From contig CAZFHX010000009.1 of assembly GCA_964519265.1 (NCBI GenBank), positions 11,450-75,449 on the forward strand: DNA of 64,000 nucleotides, read 5' to 3'. The notes beneath the pieces were generated by a model, which had not been told where the DNA came from, made no database searches, and saw only the letters and a list, made by a program, of their open reading frames with translations. This stretch comes from an uncultured Deferribacterales bacterium. Its GTDB lineage: Bacteria > Chrysiogenota > Deferribacteres > Deferribacterales > Calditerrivibrionaceae. Both the position numbers and the translations under genes were made by a program. Below, piece after piece: positions 7,645 to 16,192 of this stretch (position 1 is its first letter; the number at the start of each line of letters is the position of its first letter).

Positions 7645-9222
7645 TTATACCCCCTTTTTCTTTATAACAAGTATAGTTATATCGTCGTTAAACTTTCTTC
7701 CTCTGCAAAACTCTTTTACATCTGCCATAATATTATCCACGATCTCCTGACAAGACAACTCATTAAACATGATAATTTTTGAGATAAGCCGATCATACCC
7801 ATATAGCTCATCTTCGGGATTCATCGCCTCCACCAACCCATCGGTGTACATGAAAGCTATATCTCCATCCTTTAAATTAAATGAACCACTCTCATACTCC
7901 ACATCATCAAAAACCCCTAAGAACATCCCGCCAACCGTTAGTTTTTTTACCATCATATTATCTTTTTCAAATAAAAGCAATGGGTTATGTCCCGCACTGG
8001 CAAAATTACACTCCCCTGTTGCAGAATTCATAACAACATAAAGCATCGTAACAAAATCGTTTGTATAGATATTGCTACAGAGAATCTCATTGACCATCGA
8101 GATAGCTTCACTTGCATTTATAACATCGTAGGTGTAAGATCGCATGATAGCCCTTGTGATCGCCATGATGACCGCAGCAGGTGTCCCATGACCTGAAACA
8201 TCAGCAACGGCAAATCCCCAATAGCCATTGCTCATTTCTATACAATCGTAATAATCCCCCCCTGCATGCTCCGCAGGGATATAAAGTGAGCCAAACTCAT
8301 AACCTTCCAAATCTGGTAGAGAAGATGGTAATAAACTCGCCTGAATCTCACCCACTTGCCTTAATTCATCATCTATGGTCTTCTGAGCATGTTGCAATTT
8401 CTCATTCATCTTCAGCAGATCAGCATTCAACAGAGACATCTGCCTCTGTTTCTCCTCAAGCTCTTTCTGCTGTTTCTTGATCTCATCTATGAGATAGACC
8501 TCTTTTGTAACATCCCTGATGCTTTCCACCATGAAATTTTCAAACTTATTAAAGTGAACAGACAAACTCTTTCCATTAGTCTTCCTCGAACTCTTTGATG
8601 TAGATTTATTTGTGTAGGGGCAATCAGGGCATTGACCATCAAATCCGTAAATATGAAAACATTTTTTATCTTTCAAATCTGAGTCTTTTATATCGAAAAT
8701 CTCTTTGGTAACATAGTTGGAAAAGACCACATCAAAGTTTTCGTTTACTACAAGGATCCCTTCGTTGGTACTGTTTAGAACCTTTTCCATAAAGTACTGC
8801 TTTTTCTCGATCTCTTTCTTTTGGAGATTTAGCATTACATTTTTGGCTTTGAGTTCCTTAGTTTGGTGGGTCATGGTATCTACAAGCTTTTTATTCTCAG
8901 TGATATCTGTAATGATCTCTACAAAGGAACCATTTTCCACTTTTTCAAACTTTGCTGAATAGATCCTTCTAAATCCCCTATGGGTAATCGCATCATGAAT
9001 AATATTTATGGGGATCTTATTATTCTTGATATTTTCGATCTGACAATTTGGACAAGGCTCGCTGAGACCGAATAGAACACTAAAACACTTCTTGTTTATG
9101 TGTTTTTCTGGAGTTTTTCCTGTGAGGGTTTTAACGGGAGCATTGATATATTTTATCTTATAATTTTCATCTATCTCAACTATTATGCTATCGATGGCAT
9201 TTAATAATAAAGTATAATCCAT
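7645..9222 (-). CDS. PAS-PAS-coiled-coil-PP2C (SpoIIE/RsbU family) serine phosphatase
   Basis: 525 aa. Two PAS-like modules each end in a C-x9-10-CPxC motif. A coiled coil follows, then a PP2C core (GGDYYD, ADVSGHGTPAA, YTDGLVEA, DDITILV). Confidence 0.85.
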   Translation of the reverse strand: MDYTLLLNAIDSIIVEIDENYKIKYINAPVKTLTGKTPEKHINKKCFSVLFGLSEPCPNCQIENIKNNKIPINIIHDAITHRGFRRIYSAKFEKVENGSFVEIITDITENKKLVDTMTHQTKELKAKNVMLNLQKKEIEKKQYFMEKVLNSTNEGILVVNENFDVVFSNYVTKEIFDIKDSDLKDKKCFHIYGFDGQCPDCPYTNKSTSKSSRKTNGKSLSVHFNKFENFMVESIRDVTKEVYLIDEIKKQQKELEEKQRQMSLLNADLLKMNEKLQHAQKTIDDELRQVGEIQASLLPSSLPDLEGYEFGSLYIPAEHAGGDYYDCIEMSNGYWGFAVADVSGHGTPAAVIMAITRAIMRSYTYDVINASEAISMVNEILCSNIYTNDFVTMLYVVMNSATGECNFASAGHNPLLLFEKDNMMVKKLTVGGMFLGVFDDVEYESGSFNLKDGDIAFMYTDGLVEAMNPEDELYGYDRLISKIIMFNELSCQEIVDNIMADVKEFCRGRKFNDDITILVIKKKGV

Positions 9223-9249
9223 CTGCTCTCCGCTTTTTTGTTAATTATA

Positions 9250-9278
9250 ATTCTAATACAAACCTTAAAAAAATTCAA
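9250..9278 (-). promoter_or_regulatory. candidate sigma-70 promoter for the phosphatase-STAS-STAS/HEAT-cheR unit
   Basis: The minus strand reads TTGAAT (9278-9273), a 17-nt spacer, then TAGAAT (9255-9250). A GGAGAG SD and ATG 9222 follow. Confidence 0.4.
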
Positions 9279-9290
9279 TTCGTATTTGAA
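9267..9290 (-). terminator. weak AT-rich hairpin plus T7 run after the 332-aa ORF (possible partial terminator)
   Basis: After the stop, the minus strand reads TTCAA-ATACGAA-TTGAA-TTTTTTT. The stem is only 5 bp and it overlaps the proposed -35. Confidence 0.3.
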
Positions 9291-10289
9291 CTATTTTGTA
9301 AAAAAAACAATTATCAATGCTACTATAGAAACAACTATAACTATCACAGACAACTTCTTAAGTTGCTTCGTAATCTGATCTAACTGCTCTATATTTTTCT
9401 TTTTCATTTCTTCAAGGATCTGTTCATACTTAAAGAGGTTGTTTTTTCTGTTGTTGAATTCATCAAGGTACTTGTTCATATCCTCTTCAAGTTCATACTC
9501 TGCAAGGGCTCCAAGATATAAAACAAGATTTTGAATCATATAAAAAAAATCCTCTTTCATCCAACCGAAAGGTTCTTCAAATTCGAGGGATGAGATATTA
9601 AGGAGATCTGTTAGCAATGCAAATTGATAGGCTTTCAATTTCTTTCTAACTTCAGCGTCAATATCATTAATATCATCAATTGATTTAACTAATTCAAAAA
9701 TTGGTTCAAATTGTACCACGAGTTTATCCCGAAACTCAGGAATAAGTTTTATTGGAACCGTTGTTTTCTGCTCTTTGGGTTTATTTTCCTTTAAGAAATT
9801 TTTTATCAAAACAAAACCTGAAGGTGTTTTGGGCTTTTTCCTTTTTATCTTGGGTTTCACCACAAGTTCGGTCTTCTTTTTGATGGCAATGAGGGTTTCA
9901 ATTATATTATCAGGGGTAAATATAAAGTGCCCTTTATCCTCTAAAACATCCCTGCTGGAATCATCTATACCACCATTCGTGAAGAAGAAGAGTTTGAGCA
10001 TGTTTAGATCATTCAAAGTTCTAAGCACTTCGTAAGATATATCTCTCGTTACATCGTTTCCAGGTTTTACAATTTCTACCCATACAAGGGCATAATCATC
10101 CAAGTTTTTCTGATGTTTCCAAACCTCTATTCTCCTGTAATCCTGCACATCCCTGATTGCTCTATGAAAGCTAAAATTGAGATCCCCCATGATATGTGCA
10201 ATGTAATCATAAAATGTGGAGATATCCATCTCCACAAAATCTTTAAAACTTAGTTCTTCTATATCCTCAAAGATATCCCTTTTCATCAA
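9291..10289 (-). CDS. tail-anchored protein with N-terminal Mrr-like (restriction-endonuclease-fold) domain, K-rich linker and coiled coil
   Basis: 332 aa. The N-terminal ~135 aa follow the Mrr_cat pattern (FKDFVE...YIAHIMGDL...DYALVWVEIVK...LFFFTNGGIDDSSRDVLED...IFTPDNIIETLI). A lysine-rich linker and a helical region follow. The C-terminal TM helix is LSVIVIVVSIVALIIVFF. Confidence 0.6.
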   Translation of the reverse strand: MMKRDIFEDIEELSFKDFVEMDISTFYDYIAHIMGDLNFSFHRAIRDVQDYRRIEVWKHQKNLDDYALVWVEIVKPGNDVTRDISYEVLRTLNDLNMLKLFFFTNGGIDDSSRDVLEDKGHFIFTPDNIIETLIAIKKKTELVVKPKIKRKKPKTPSGFVLIKNFLKENKPKEQKTTVPIKLIPEFRDKLVVQFEPIFELVKSIDDINDIDAEVRKKLKAYQFALLTDLLNISSLEFEEPFGWMKEDFFYMIQNLVLYLGALAEYELEEDMNKYLDEFNNRKNNLFKYEQILEEMKKKNIEQLDQITKQLKKLSVIVIVVSIVALIIVFFTK

Positions 10290-10879
10290 TTCTTAACCTT
10301 CTTTATCTCCAATTTGATACTCTGCTCTGGGATATTAAATCTCTCAGAGATAACAGTTTTTAGACCATTTATATCCATCTGTTCACTACCGTTATCCAAT
10401 GATGCAGGTTGACCTATAAAAATATTTACCTGATTACAATAACTAACTTGCTTATTAATAGACTTTGCTTTTGATTTAGATGTTGGTTTAACTTTAGACT
10501 TCTTATATACCTGCTGAGAATATTTTTTCGCTTTTTGGGAAGGTGCAGTTTTTTTGACACTATCCTGTTCTATTTTCTTAACTTTTTCCAAACTCTTATC
10601 ATCTTTTTCAAGCAAAGCAAGTTTGGTCTCATTTTGACTATTAGAACTTAATCTTTTTACACTTAAAACCTTCCAGCCGTTTAAACTTACCTCCTCTTTG
10701 GCATCTATTTCGGAACTACTGTGAACAATAAACTCTGTTTTTATACCACTATCAACCTTTTCTGCTAATACAGAATATCTCCCTCTTTCGTAAGCAAAAA
10801 GATTACCTCCACCATATATAAGGATTAGCAGACCTATCATCAGGAGCTTTCTTGGGCAACAGTACATTGACATTCTCAC
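10286..10879 (-). CDS. secreted or periplasmic K/S-rich hypothetical protein
   Basis: 197 aa with a clear signal peptide (PRKLLMIGLLILIYGGGNLFA). The real start is probably ATG 10873 or 10867 rather than GTG 10879. It overlaps the next ORF by 4 nt. Confidence 0.6.
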   Translation of the reverse strand: MRMSMYCCPRKLLMIGLLILIYGGGNLFAYERGRYSVLAEKVDSGIKTEFIVHSSSEIDAKEEVSLNGWKVLSVKRLSSNSQNETKLALLEKDDKSLEKVKKIEQDSVKKTAPSQKAKKYSQQVYKKSKVKPTSKSKAKSINKQVSYCNQVNIFIGQPASLDNGSEQMDINGLKTVISERFNIPEQSIKLEIKKVKN

Positions 10880-11132
10880 TTTCTAATTTAAATTCTTTCA
10901 GTGCCTTCTTAAAATCATTATCGGCATAAACCTTCACAACCTTTAACTCTTTAATGAGGTCCTTTCCACCATTGCTCAATAAAAATGTATCAGGAGACAA
11001 CTTCGAAGCGGTTTGAAATCTCCTATCTGCCGTGGTCACTTCGTAAACATAGATATATGCATACAAGTCAAAAACAGGTAACAAAATCAGTGCAATCGCA
11101 ATTAATCTACCTATTTGCACCCACCAATTCAT
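10803..11132 (-). CDS. small membrane-anchored hypothetical protein
   Basis: 109 aa with N-terminal TM helix WWVQIGRLIAIALILLPVF. It overlaps the cheA 3' end by 26 nt and the downstream ORF by 65-77 nt, so its coding status is uncertain. Confidence 0.45.
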   Translation of the reverse strand: MNWWVQIGRLIAIALILLPVFDLYAYIYVYEVTTADRRFQTASKLSPDTFLLSNGGKDLIKELKVVKVYADNDFKKALKEFKLESENVNVLLPKKAPDDRSANPYIWWR

Positions 11133-13206
11133 CGATCTTGTTTAACATCTCCTGGAGGTTTATAGGCTTTGTCATAAAGGCATTTAGTCCCGAAATCTTC
11201 GCTTTCTGACCAGCAGCTGCCTCTCCTCTACCGGAAACACCTATGATAGGTTTATCAAAGCCTCTTTCCCTCAATATACGGGCAAGTTCAAAACCATCTA
11301 TATCTGGCATCATAATATCGGTGATGATAAGATCTATCTTGAGATCCTGTGCAGCTGTTATCGCATCGTGAGGATTTGTTACCTCTATACAGTTTATCCA
11401 TCCAGAAGAGGTAAGTAGTCTCTTCATGATCTTTCTATCCGTTGATGAATCATCCACTATCAGGGCATTAATAGTATTACCGCTCGAAGTCACCGCTGAC
11501 TTTAGAGATTTATGCTTTTTGATCTTCTTTGGCATTTTAGATGCAATCTCCATGACACCGGAAACATCGAGGATCAACCTCACCTTACCATCCCCCATGA
11601 TAGTGGCACCAGCAATACCAACATTTCCACTCAAGTATTCACCAAGTGATTTGATAACGATCTCCTCCTGCCCTACAAGGCGATCCACCACGAGACCTAT
11701 TCTCTTTTCTGCTAAAGCAACAACTACTACATATAGATCCTGAGAGAAAGACCCCTCAAGTCCAAAAACATCATCAAGCCTTACAAGGGATAGCACTGAA
11801 TCCCTGAGTTTTAAGACCTCTCTACCTTCAAAATTGTGTATTTCGTTTTCATTAATCCTAACCGTTTCGATAACTGACACGAGTGGTATCGCAAACACCT
11901 CACCAGATACATCCACGAGAAGTGCCTGAATAATGGCGAGGGTAAGTGGTAGTTTCAGTTTAAAAACAGATCCTTTGTCCACTTCAGATTCGATACTGAT
12001 GATACCGTTGAGTTTTTCGATATTGGTTTTTACCACATCCATACCTACACCACGCCCAGAAACACCTGTAACCTTCTCAGCAGTGGAAAATCCAGGTTTG
12101 AAAATAAGCCCAAAAGCCTCATCTCTGCTCATGTTTTTGGCTTCATCTGGGGTGATCACCTTCTTTTCGATAGCCTTCTTTTTCAACTTTTCAGGATCCA
12201 TCCCCTTACCGTCATCGGTGATCTCGATTACTATGTGATTCCCCTCATGGTAGGCAGCCAAATGAACCTTACCCTTGGCAGGTTTCCCCTTTCTCATCCT
12301 CTCTTCAGGGCTTTCTATGCCGTGATCTACAGCATTTCTAATCATATGCACAAGGGGATCGCCGATCTCTTCGACAACGGATTTATCAAGTTCTGTATCC
12401 TCACCGGTGATTATAAGGTCTACATCCTTTTTTAGATCCCTCGCCAAATCTCTGATCATTCTGGGGAATTTATTGAATACCTTTCCAATCGGCACCATTC
12501 TTGTCTTCATCACTGCAAGCTGTAGCTCAGTGGTAATAAGACCGATTTGAGATGTGGTCTCGAGAAGCTGCTCAACAAGATAATCCCCTTCGAACTTCCT
12601 CTCCAGTTCGGAAGATATCTGGGCTATCCTGTTCCTACTTAAAACCAATTCACCAACCAAGTTCATAAGGGAATCGAGCCTTGATACATCAACCCTAATC
12701 GTTTGTTCTATAGCCTTAGTTGCTTTTTTGAGATTTGCACCTTCGCCGTCATCCTTATGTTCAGCCTTTTGCTGTTTCTTATCAGAATCTGTTGAAACAG
12801 TAGATGGTGCTACATTGACCTTGCCTTCATTGGCCAACTTCAATTTTTTTACGATCTGATCTATATTGATTGTGTCTCTACCATTTTTGATATCATCTAA
12901 GATCTTTTTGATAACATCGACAAACTCGAGAAGAATATCCATTATCTCAGGAACAACAACCATCTCCCCTTTTCTGAGTTTGTTTAATATCTCTTCGGCA
13001 TGGTGAGTCACAGTACTCATCTTGTCGAAACCTAAGAATGAAGAGGAACCTTTTATAGTGTGGGCAGCACGGAAGATCTTGTTTAACAGATCGAGGTCAT
13101 TTTTTCTATGTTCGAGTTCCACAAGGTCTTGATCCAACTGTTCTATTATCTCCGACGATTCTAAAATAAAATCTTGAATCAAATCATCCATCTCACCATG
13201 GGACAT
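11107..13206 (-). CDS. cheA: chemotaxis histidine kinase CheA with C-terminal receiver domain (CheA-REC, no P2 domain)
   Basis: 699 aa. Hpt P1 (FRAAHTIKGSS), a short linker directly to P3, HATPase (HMIRNAVDHG, DDGKGMD, GRGVGMDVV), a P5 CheW-like domain, then REC (LIVDDS...IITDIMMPDIDG...KP). Confidence 0.92.
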   Translation of the reverse strand: MSHGEMDDLIQDFILESSEIIEQLDQDLVELEHRKNDLDLLNKIFRAAHTIKGSSSFLGFDKMSTVTHHAEEILNKLRKGEMVVVPEIMDILLEFVDVIKKILDDIKNGRDTINIDQIVKKLKLANEGKVNVAPSTVSTDSDKKQQKAEHKDDGEGANLKKATKAIEQTIRVDVSRLDSLMNLVGELVLSRNRIAQISSELERKFEGDYLVEQLLETTSQIGLITTELQLAVMKTRMVPIGKVFNKFPRMIRDLARDLKKDVDLIITGEDTELDKSVVEEIGDPLVHMIRNAVDHGIESPEERMRKGKPAKGKVHLAAYHEGNHIVIEITDDGKGMDPEKLKKKAIEKKVITPDEAKNMSRDEAFGLIFKPGFSTAEKVTGVSGRGVGMDVVKTNIEKLNGIISIESEVDKGSVFKLKLPLTLAIIQALLVDVSGEVFAIPLVSVIETVRINENEIHNFEGREVLKLRDSVLSLVRLDDVFGLEGSFSQDLYVVVVALAEKRIGLVVDRLVGQEEIVIKSLGEYLSGNVGIAGATIMGDGKVRLILDVSGVMEIASKMPKKIKKHKSLKSAVTSSGNTINALIVDDSSTDRKIMKRLLTSSGWINCIEVTNPHDAITAAQDLKIDLIITDIMMPDIDGFELARILRERGFDKPIIGVSGRGEAAAGQKAKISGLNAFMTKPINLQEMLNKIDELVGANR

Positions 13207-13215
13207 AGGTGCCTC

Positions 13216-13848
13216 CTATAAGCCGAATTCTTTTAATAACTGATTAACAAGATCTTGATCATTTAAAATGCTATCCTTTTCTCCCAATCTATTCAGTGTA
13301 TCGACATCTATCTTGTTATGCTTTAGTCCAAACTTTATGATCAGATCACTTAATCTCTTTTCTAAGTCTTTAACCACTTTTAAGAGCTTATCGATCTTCT
13401 GCTTTGTGATATCTTGAAACTCGAGAGCCGATATCATATCAAAAGCGATATCCTGCCCCTCTATCGATTTATCCACAAGTCGATCAATCAAACCCAACGC
13501 CTTACTAAAATCCTCGCTATCTAAAGACTCCTTGAGGAGTGAGATATTATCTTTTATCTCACTTATATTGAAATTTATACTATCTGTTAGATTAAGGATC
13601 TTTTCTGAAGCAGACTTTGTATCCCTGACTACCTCTTTCAATACCTTTTCAAATACTGGCAGATCCTCGTAGCTATCCTCAACTACATCTCTGACGGTGG
13701 TGATCTTTTTAATCGACTCATTGAAAAACTGCACTACTTCGAAAAGCTCATGATTTGGATCTATAGAGATAGTGGTCAATTCGTATTCGCCAGAATTGAT
13801 CTTCTTAGCGATCTCTATCAATTCTGAGAGATCTTTTACTTCGTACAT
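13216..13848 (-). CDS. cheZ: CheY-P phosphatase CheZ
   Basis: 210 aa. The active-site helix ALEFQDITKQKI matches the CheZ FQDLTGQ motif (catalytic D and Q). The C-terminal peptide DQDLVNQLLKEFGL resembles the CheY-binding tail of E. coli CheZ. Confidence 0.8.
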   Translation of the reverse strand: MYEVKDLSELIEIAKKINSGEYELTTISIDPNHELFEVVQFFNESIKKITTVRDVVEDSYEDLPVFEKVLKEVVRDTKSASEKILNLTDSINFNISEIKDNISLLKESLDSEDFSKALGLIDRLVDKSIEGQDIAFDMISALEFQDITKQKIDKLLKVVKDLEKRLSDLIIKFGLKHNKIDVDTLNRLGEKDSILNDQDLVNQLLKEFGL

Positions 13849-13849
13849 A

Positions 13850-14227
13850 TTACAGTCCTAAAAGCTTAAAAACTTTCTCCTGTAGCGTCTCAGGTGTAAA
13901 TGGTTTTACGATGTAGTTATTTACACCGCTTCTTAGAGCAGTGAGGATATCCTCCTTTGCAGCTTCGGTGGTAACCATTAGAATCGGAAGCTCTTTATAT
14001 TCTGGTTTGGCTCTGATAGCTTTTACAAATGTGAGACCATCCATCTCAGGCATATTCCAGTCTGTGATGACGAGATCCACTTTATTTTTGGCCAACACAT
14101 CCAAACCCTCTATCCCATTACCAGCCTCTAAGATATTTGAAAAACCTAATTTTTGAAGGGTATTCTTTATGATCCTGCGCATCGTGGATGAATCATCGAC
14201 TGTAATAATCACATGTTCATAAGCCAT
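13850..14227 (-). CDS. cheY: chemotaxis response regulator CheY
   Basis: 125-aa single REC domain: TVDDSSTMRR, LVITDWNMPEMDG, MVTTEA, YIVKPF. Confidence 0.92.
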   Translation of the reverse strand: MAYEHVIITVDDSSTMRRIIKNTLQKLGFSNILEAGNGIEGLDVLAKNKVDLVITDWNMPEMDGLTFVKAIRAKPEYKELPILMVTTEAAKEDILTALRSGVNNYIVKPFTPETLQEKVFKLLGL

Positions 14228-14261
14228 TTATATGCCTCCTGCTTTCTTGAGTGCTTATTTT

Positions 14262-14291
14262 ATTATACTTGATACAAATATATTATGTCAA
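14262..14291 (-). promoter_or_regulatory. near-consensus sigma-70 promoter for cheY-cheZ-cheA
   Basis: The minus strand reads TTGACA (14291-14286), an 18-nt spacer, then TATAAT (14267-14262). AGGAGG follows, then ATG 14227 seven nt later. Confidence 0.6.
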
Positions 14292-14301
14292 TATAAATTT
14301 C

Positions 14302-15183
14302 TTAGTCCCTTAGTTTTTTTATCCTCTCTTCTTTACTGATTATCTCTTTGATCCTTACCCCAAAATAGCCATCCACGATAACCACCTCACCTTTGGCTAT
14401 AGGTTTATTATTTACCATTACAACTACAGGTTCCTCCGCATATTCATCAAGCTCTACTATATTTCCGGGGCTCAAACTCACTATATCTTTGAGGAACATT
14501 CGGGTGGAACCGATCCTAATACTCACAGGAACCTCCACATCGAGTAAAAGATCGATATTCTTCCCACCAGATTGCTTCTGCTGTTTGGGCATAGGATTTA
14601 CTGCTGTGATGTCTGGTGAAAAATCGAAATCATCATCCTCTGTATCTTCAGGCATGATCAATTCTTTAAACTTAGATGAGAAAAATAACTTAAACTTTAC
14701 ATCCTTACCATTATATTTTGAACTCATTTCGAAAATTATTATATTCCCAGCATAACTCGATGTATCAAGGAGTGTATCCACAGAGATTACACCAAAAGCG
14801 ACTTTTTTCTTAAATTTCTCATTGAAAGGGATGTTAAGTCCAGATATAGTCTGATTTATCAACTCCTTAATAGCATCCTTGAGATCATCATTCAGCTCTG
14901 ATACCCCATCTCCAGGACCCATGAGCATAAGATCAGCCAAACCTGTAATCGTCAGGGTATCTATGAGAATACCACCATCTATACCATTTAAGCTCTCTTT
15001 TAGATTTATGAGGGTCTGCCCCATATACTCGAGAGCAATATCATTCAACTCCCCTTCATTCACAGCCTCAACATGAAAATCGAAGCTTTTACCCAAAAGA
15101 GAGGAGAAACTCCCATTAAAGATCTCCACCAAAAGTTCAGAAAAATTGCTTATCTCAATGCTCGGCTTCAGTTGTTTCAACAC
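14302..15183 (-). CDS. fliY: flagellar motor switch protein FliY/FliN (CheC-like N-domain plus FliN/SpoA C-domain)
   Basis: The C-terminal LLLDVEVPVSIRIGSTRMFLKDIVSLSPGNIVELD...GEVVIVDGYFGVRIKEI is FliN. The middle region has a CheC-type D-x3-E-x2-N motif (DAIKELIN). I prefer the GTG 15183 start (AGGAGA SD 6 nt upstream) over the track's TTG 15198. Confidence 0.85.
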   Translation of the reverse strand: MLKQLKPSIEISNFSELLVEIFNGSFSSLLGKSFDFHVEAVNEGELNDIALEYMGQTLINLKESLNGIDGGILIDTLTITGLADLMLMGPGDGVSELNDDLKDAIKELINQTISGLNIPFNEKFKKKVAFGVISVDTLLDTSSYAGNIIIFEMSSKYNGKDVKFKLFFSSKFKELIMPEDTEDDDFDFSPDITAVNPMPKQQKQSGGKNIDLLLDVEVPVSIRIGSTRMFLKDIVSLSPGNIVELDEYAEEPVVVMVNNKPIAKGEVVIVDGYFGVRIKEIISKEERIKKLRD

Positions 15184-16174
15184 CTTCGCTCTCCTCAATT
15201 ATATTCTTTATCAATGCACCCTTCTTAACACCTACCACACCGATCTCTGTGGCAAACTTCCCCAAATTGTTAGCTTTTAAAATCACATCCTCGTCAGCCT
15301 TGTGTTCAAAAACAATAGTATCCCCACTTACAAGATCCAAAATGTCACCTACCGTTAGGAAGGTAGGACCTATCTCCAACCTTAAAGGGATATTTACCTC
15401 TAATAAAATTTCCAAAATTCTATCCACATAGTCAGTACTCTTTGCCTTTTTAGCACCTACGAGCCAATCCTGTGAACTGATCTTGCCCAAAATCGGTTCG
15501 AGCACAACCGCTGGAAGACAAAGGTTTATCATTCCAGAAACCTCGGCAAACTTCACTTCAAATACCACGAGGACAACAACCTCATTCTGGGCAACTATCT
15601 GTACAACCTGAGGGCTATTTTCTGTGATCTCTTTTCTAAATTTTATGTTTGGAATTACCTGCTTCCATGTATCCTCAAGCTCCTTAAGTAAAAGGTAGAT
15701 GACGCTTTCCATTATATGCTGTTCGAGGGCAGTAAGCTCCCTTACCTTATACATCGGTAAACCAGGACCACCCAAAAGTTTGTCAACTATTGGAAAAACA
15801 AGTGATGGGTTTATTTCAAGTACTGCACTACCATCAAGGGGTATCATACTTATAATATTAAAGTTTGTGGGATCAGGTAGAGACATCAAAAACTCACCAT
15901 AGGTCATCTGATCCACACTTACCAAGTTTATATCTGTTATTGTCCTTAAAAAGTTCGAAAGTGATGAACTGAAGTTTCTTGCAAATTTATCATGCAGGTT
16001 CCTGATGGATCTAATCTGCTCTTTTGACACCCTGTCGGGTCTTCTGAAATCGTAAACAGAGATCTTCTTTGGAACAAAATCAACCTCAGGAGAGAATATC
16101 TCATCCTTTATACCTGTATCGGCTACGGTAGATAAAAGGGCATCGATCTCTTCCTGACTTAAAATATCCGCCAT
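15155..16174 (-). CDS. fliM: flagellar motor switch protein FliM
   Basis: 339 aa. It has the N-terminal CheY-P binding peptide LSQEEIDALL, a FliM middle domain and a C-terminal SpoA-like domain. Confidence 0.9.
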   Translation of the reverse strand: MADILSQEEIDALLSTVADTGIKDEIFSPEVDFVPKKISVYDFRRPDRVSKEQIRSIRNLHDKFARNFSSSLSNFLRTITDINLVSVDQMTYGEFLMSLPDPTNFNIISMIPLDGSAVLEINPSLVFPIVDKLLGGPGLPMYKVRELTALEQHIMESVIYLLLKELEDTWKQVIPNIKFRKEITENSPQVVQIVAQNEVVVLVVFEVKFAEVSGMINLCLPAVVLEPILGKISSQDWLVGAKKAKSTDYVDRILEILLEVNIPLRLEIGPTFLTVGDILDLVSGDTIVFEHKADEDVILKANNLGKFATEIGVVGVKKGALIKNIIEESEGVETTEAEH

Positions 16175-16192
16175 AAGGCTCCTCTAAAAAGT

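Noticed and set aside
10803-10879. The overlap between orf109 and orf197 as evidence of a frameshifted pseudogene
   Set aside because: orf197 has its own complete signal peptide immediately after its start codons. orf109 has its own TM anchor. The two do not read as halves of one protein. I kept them as separate ORFs, with orf109 at low confidence.
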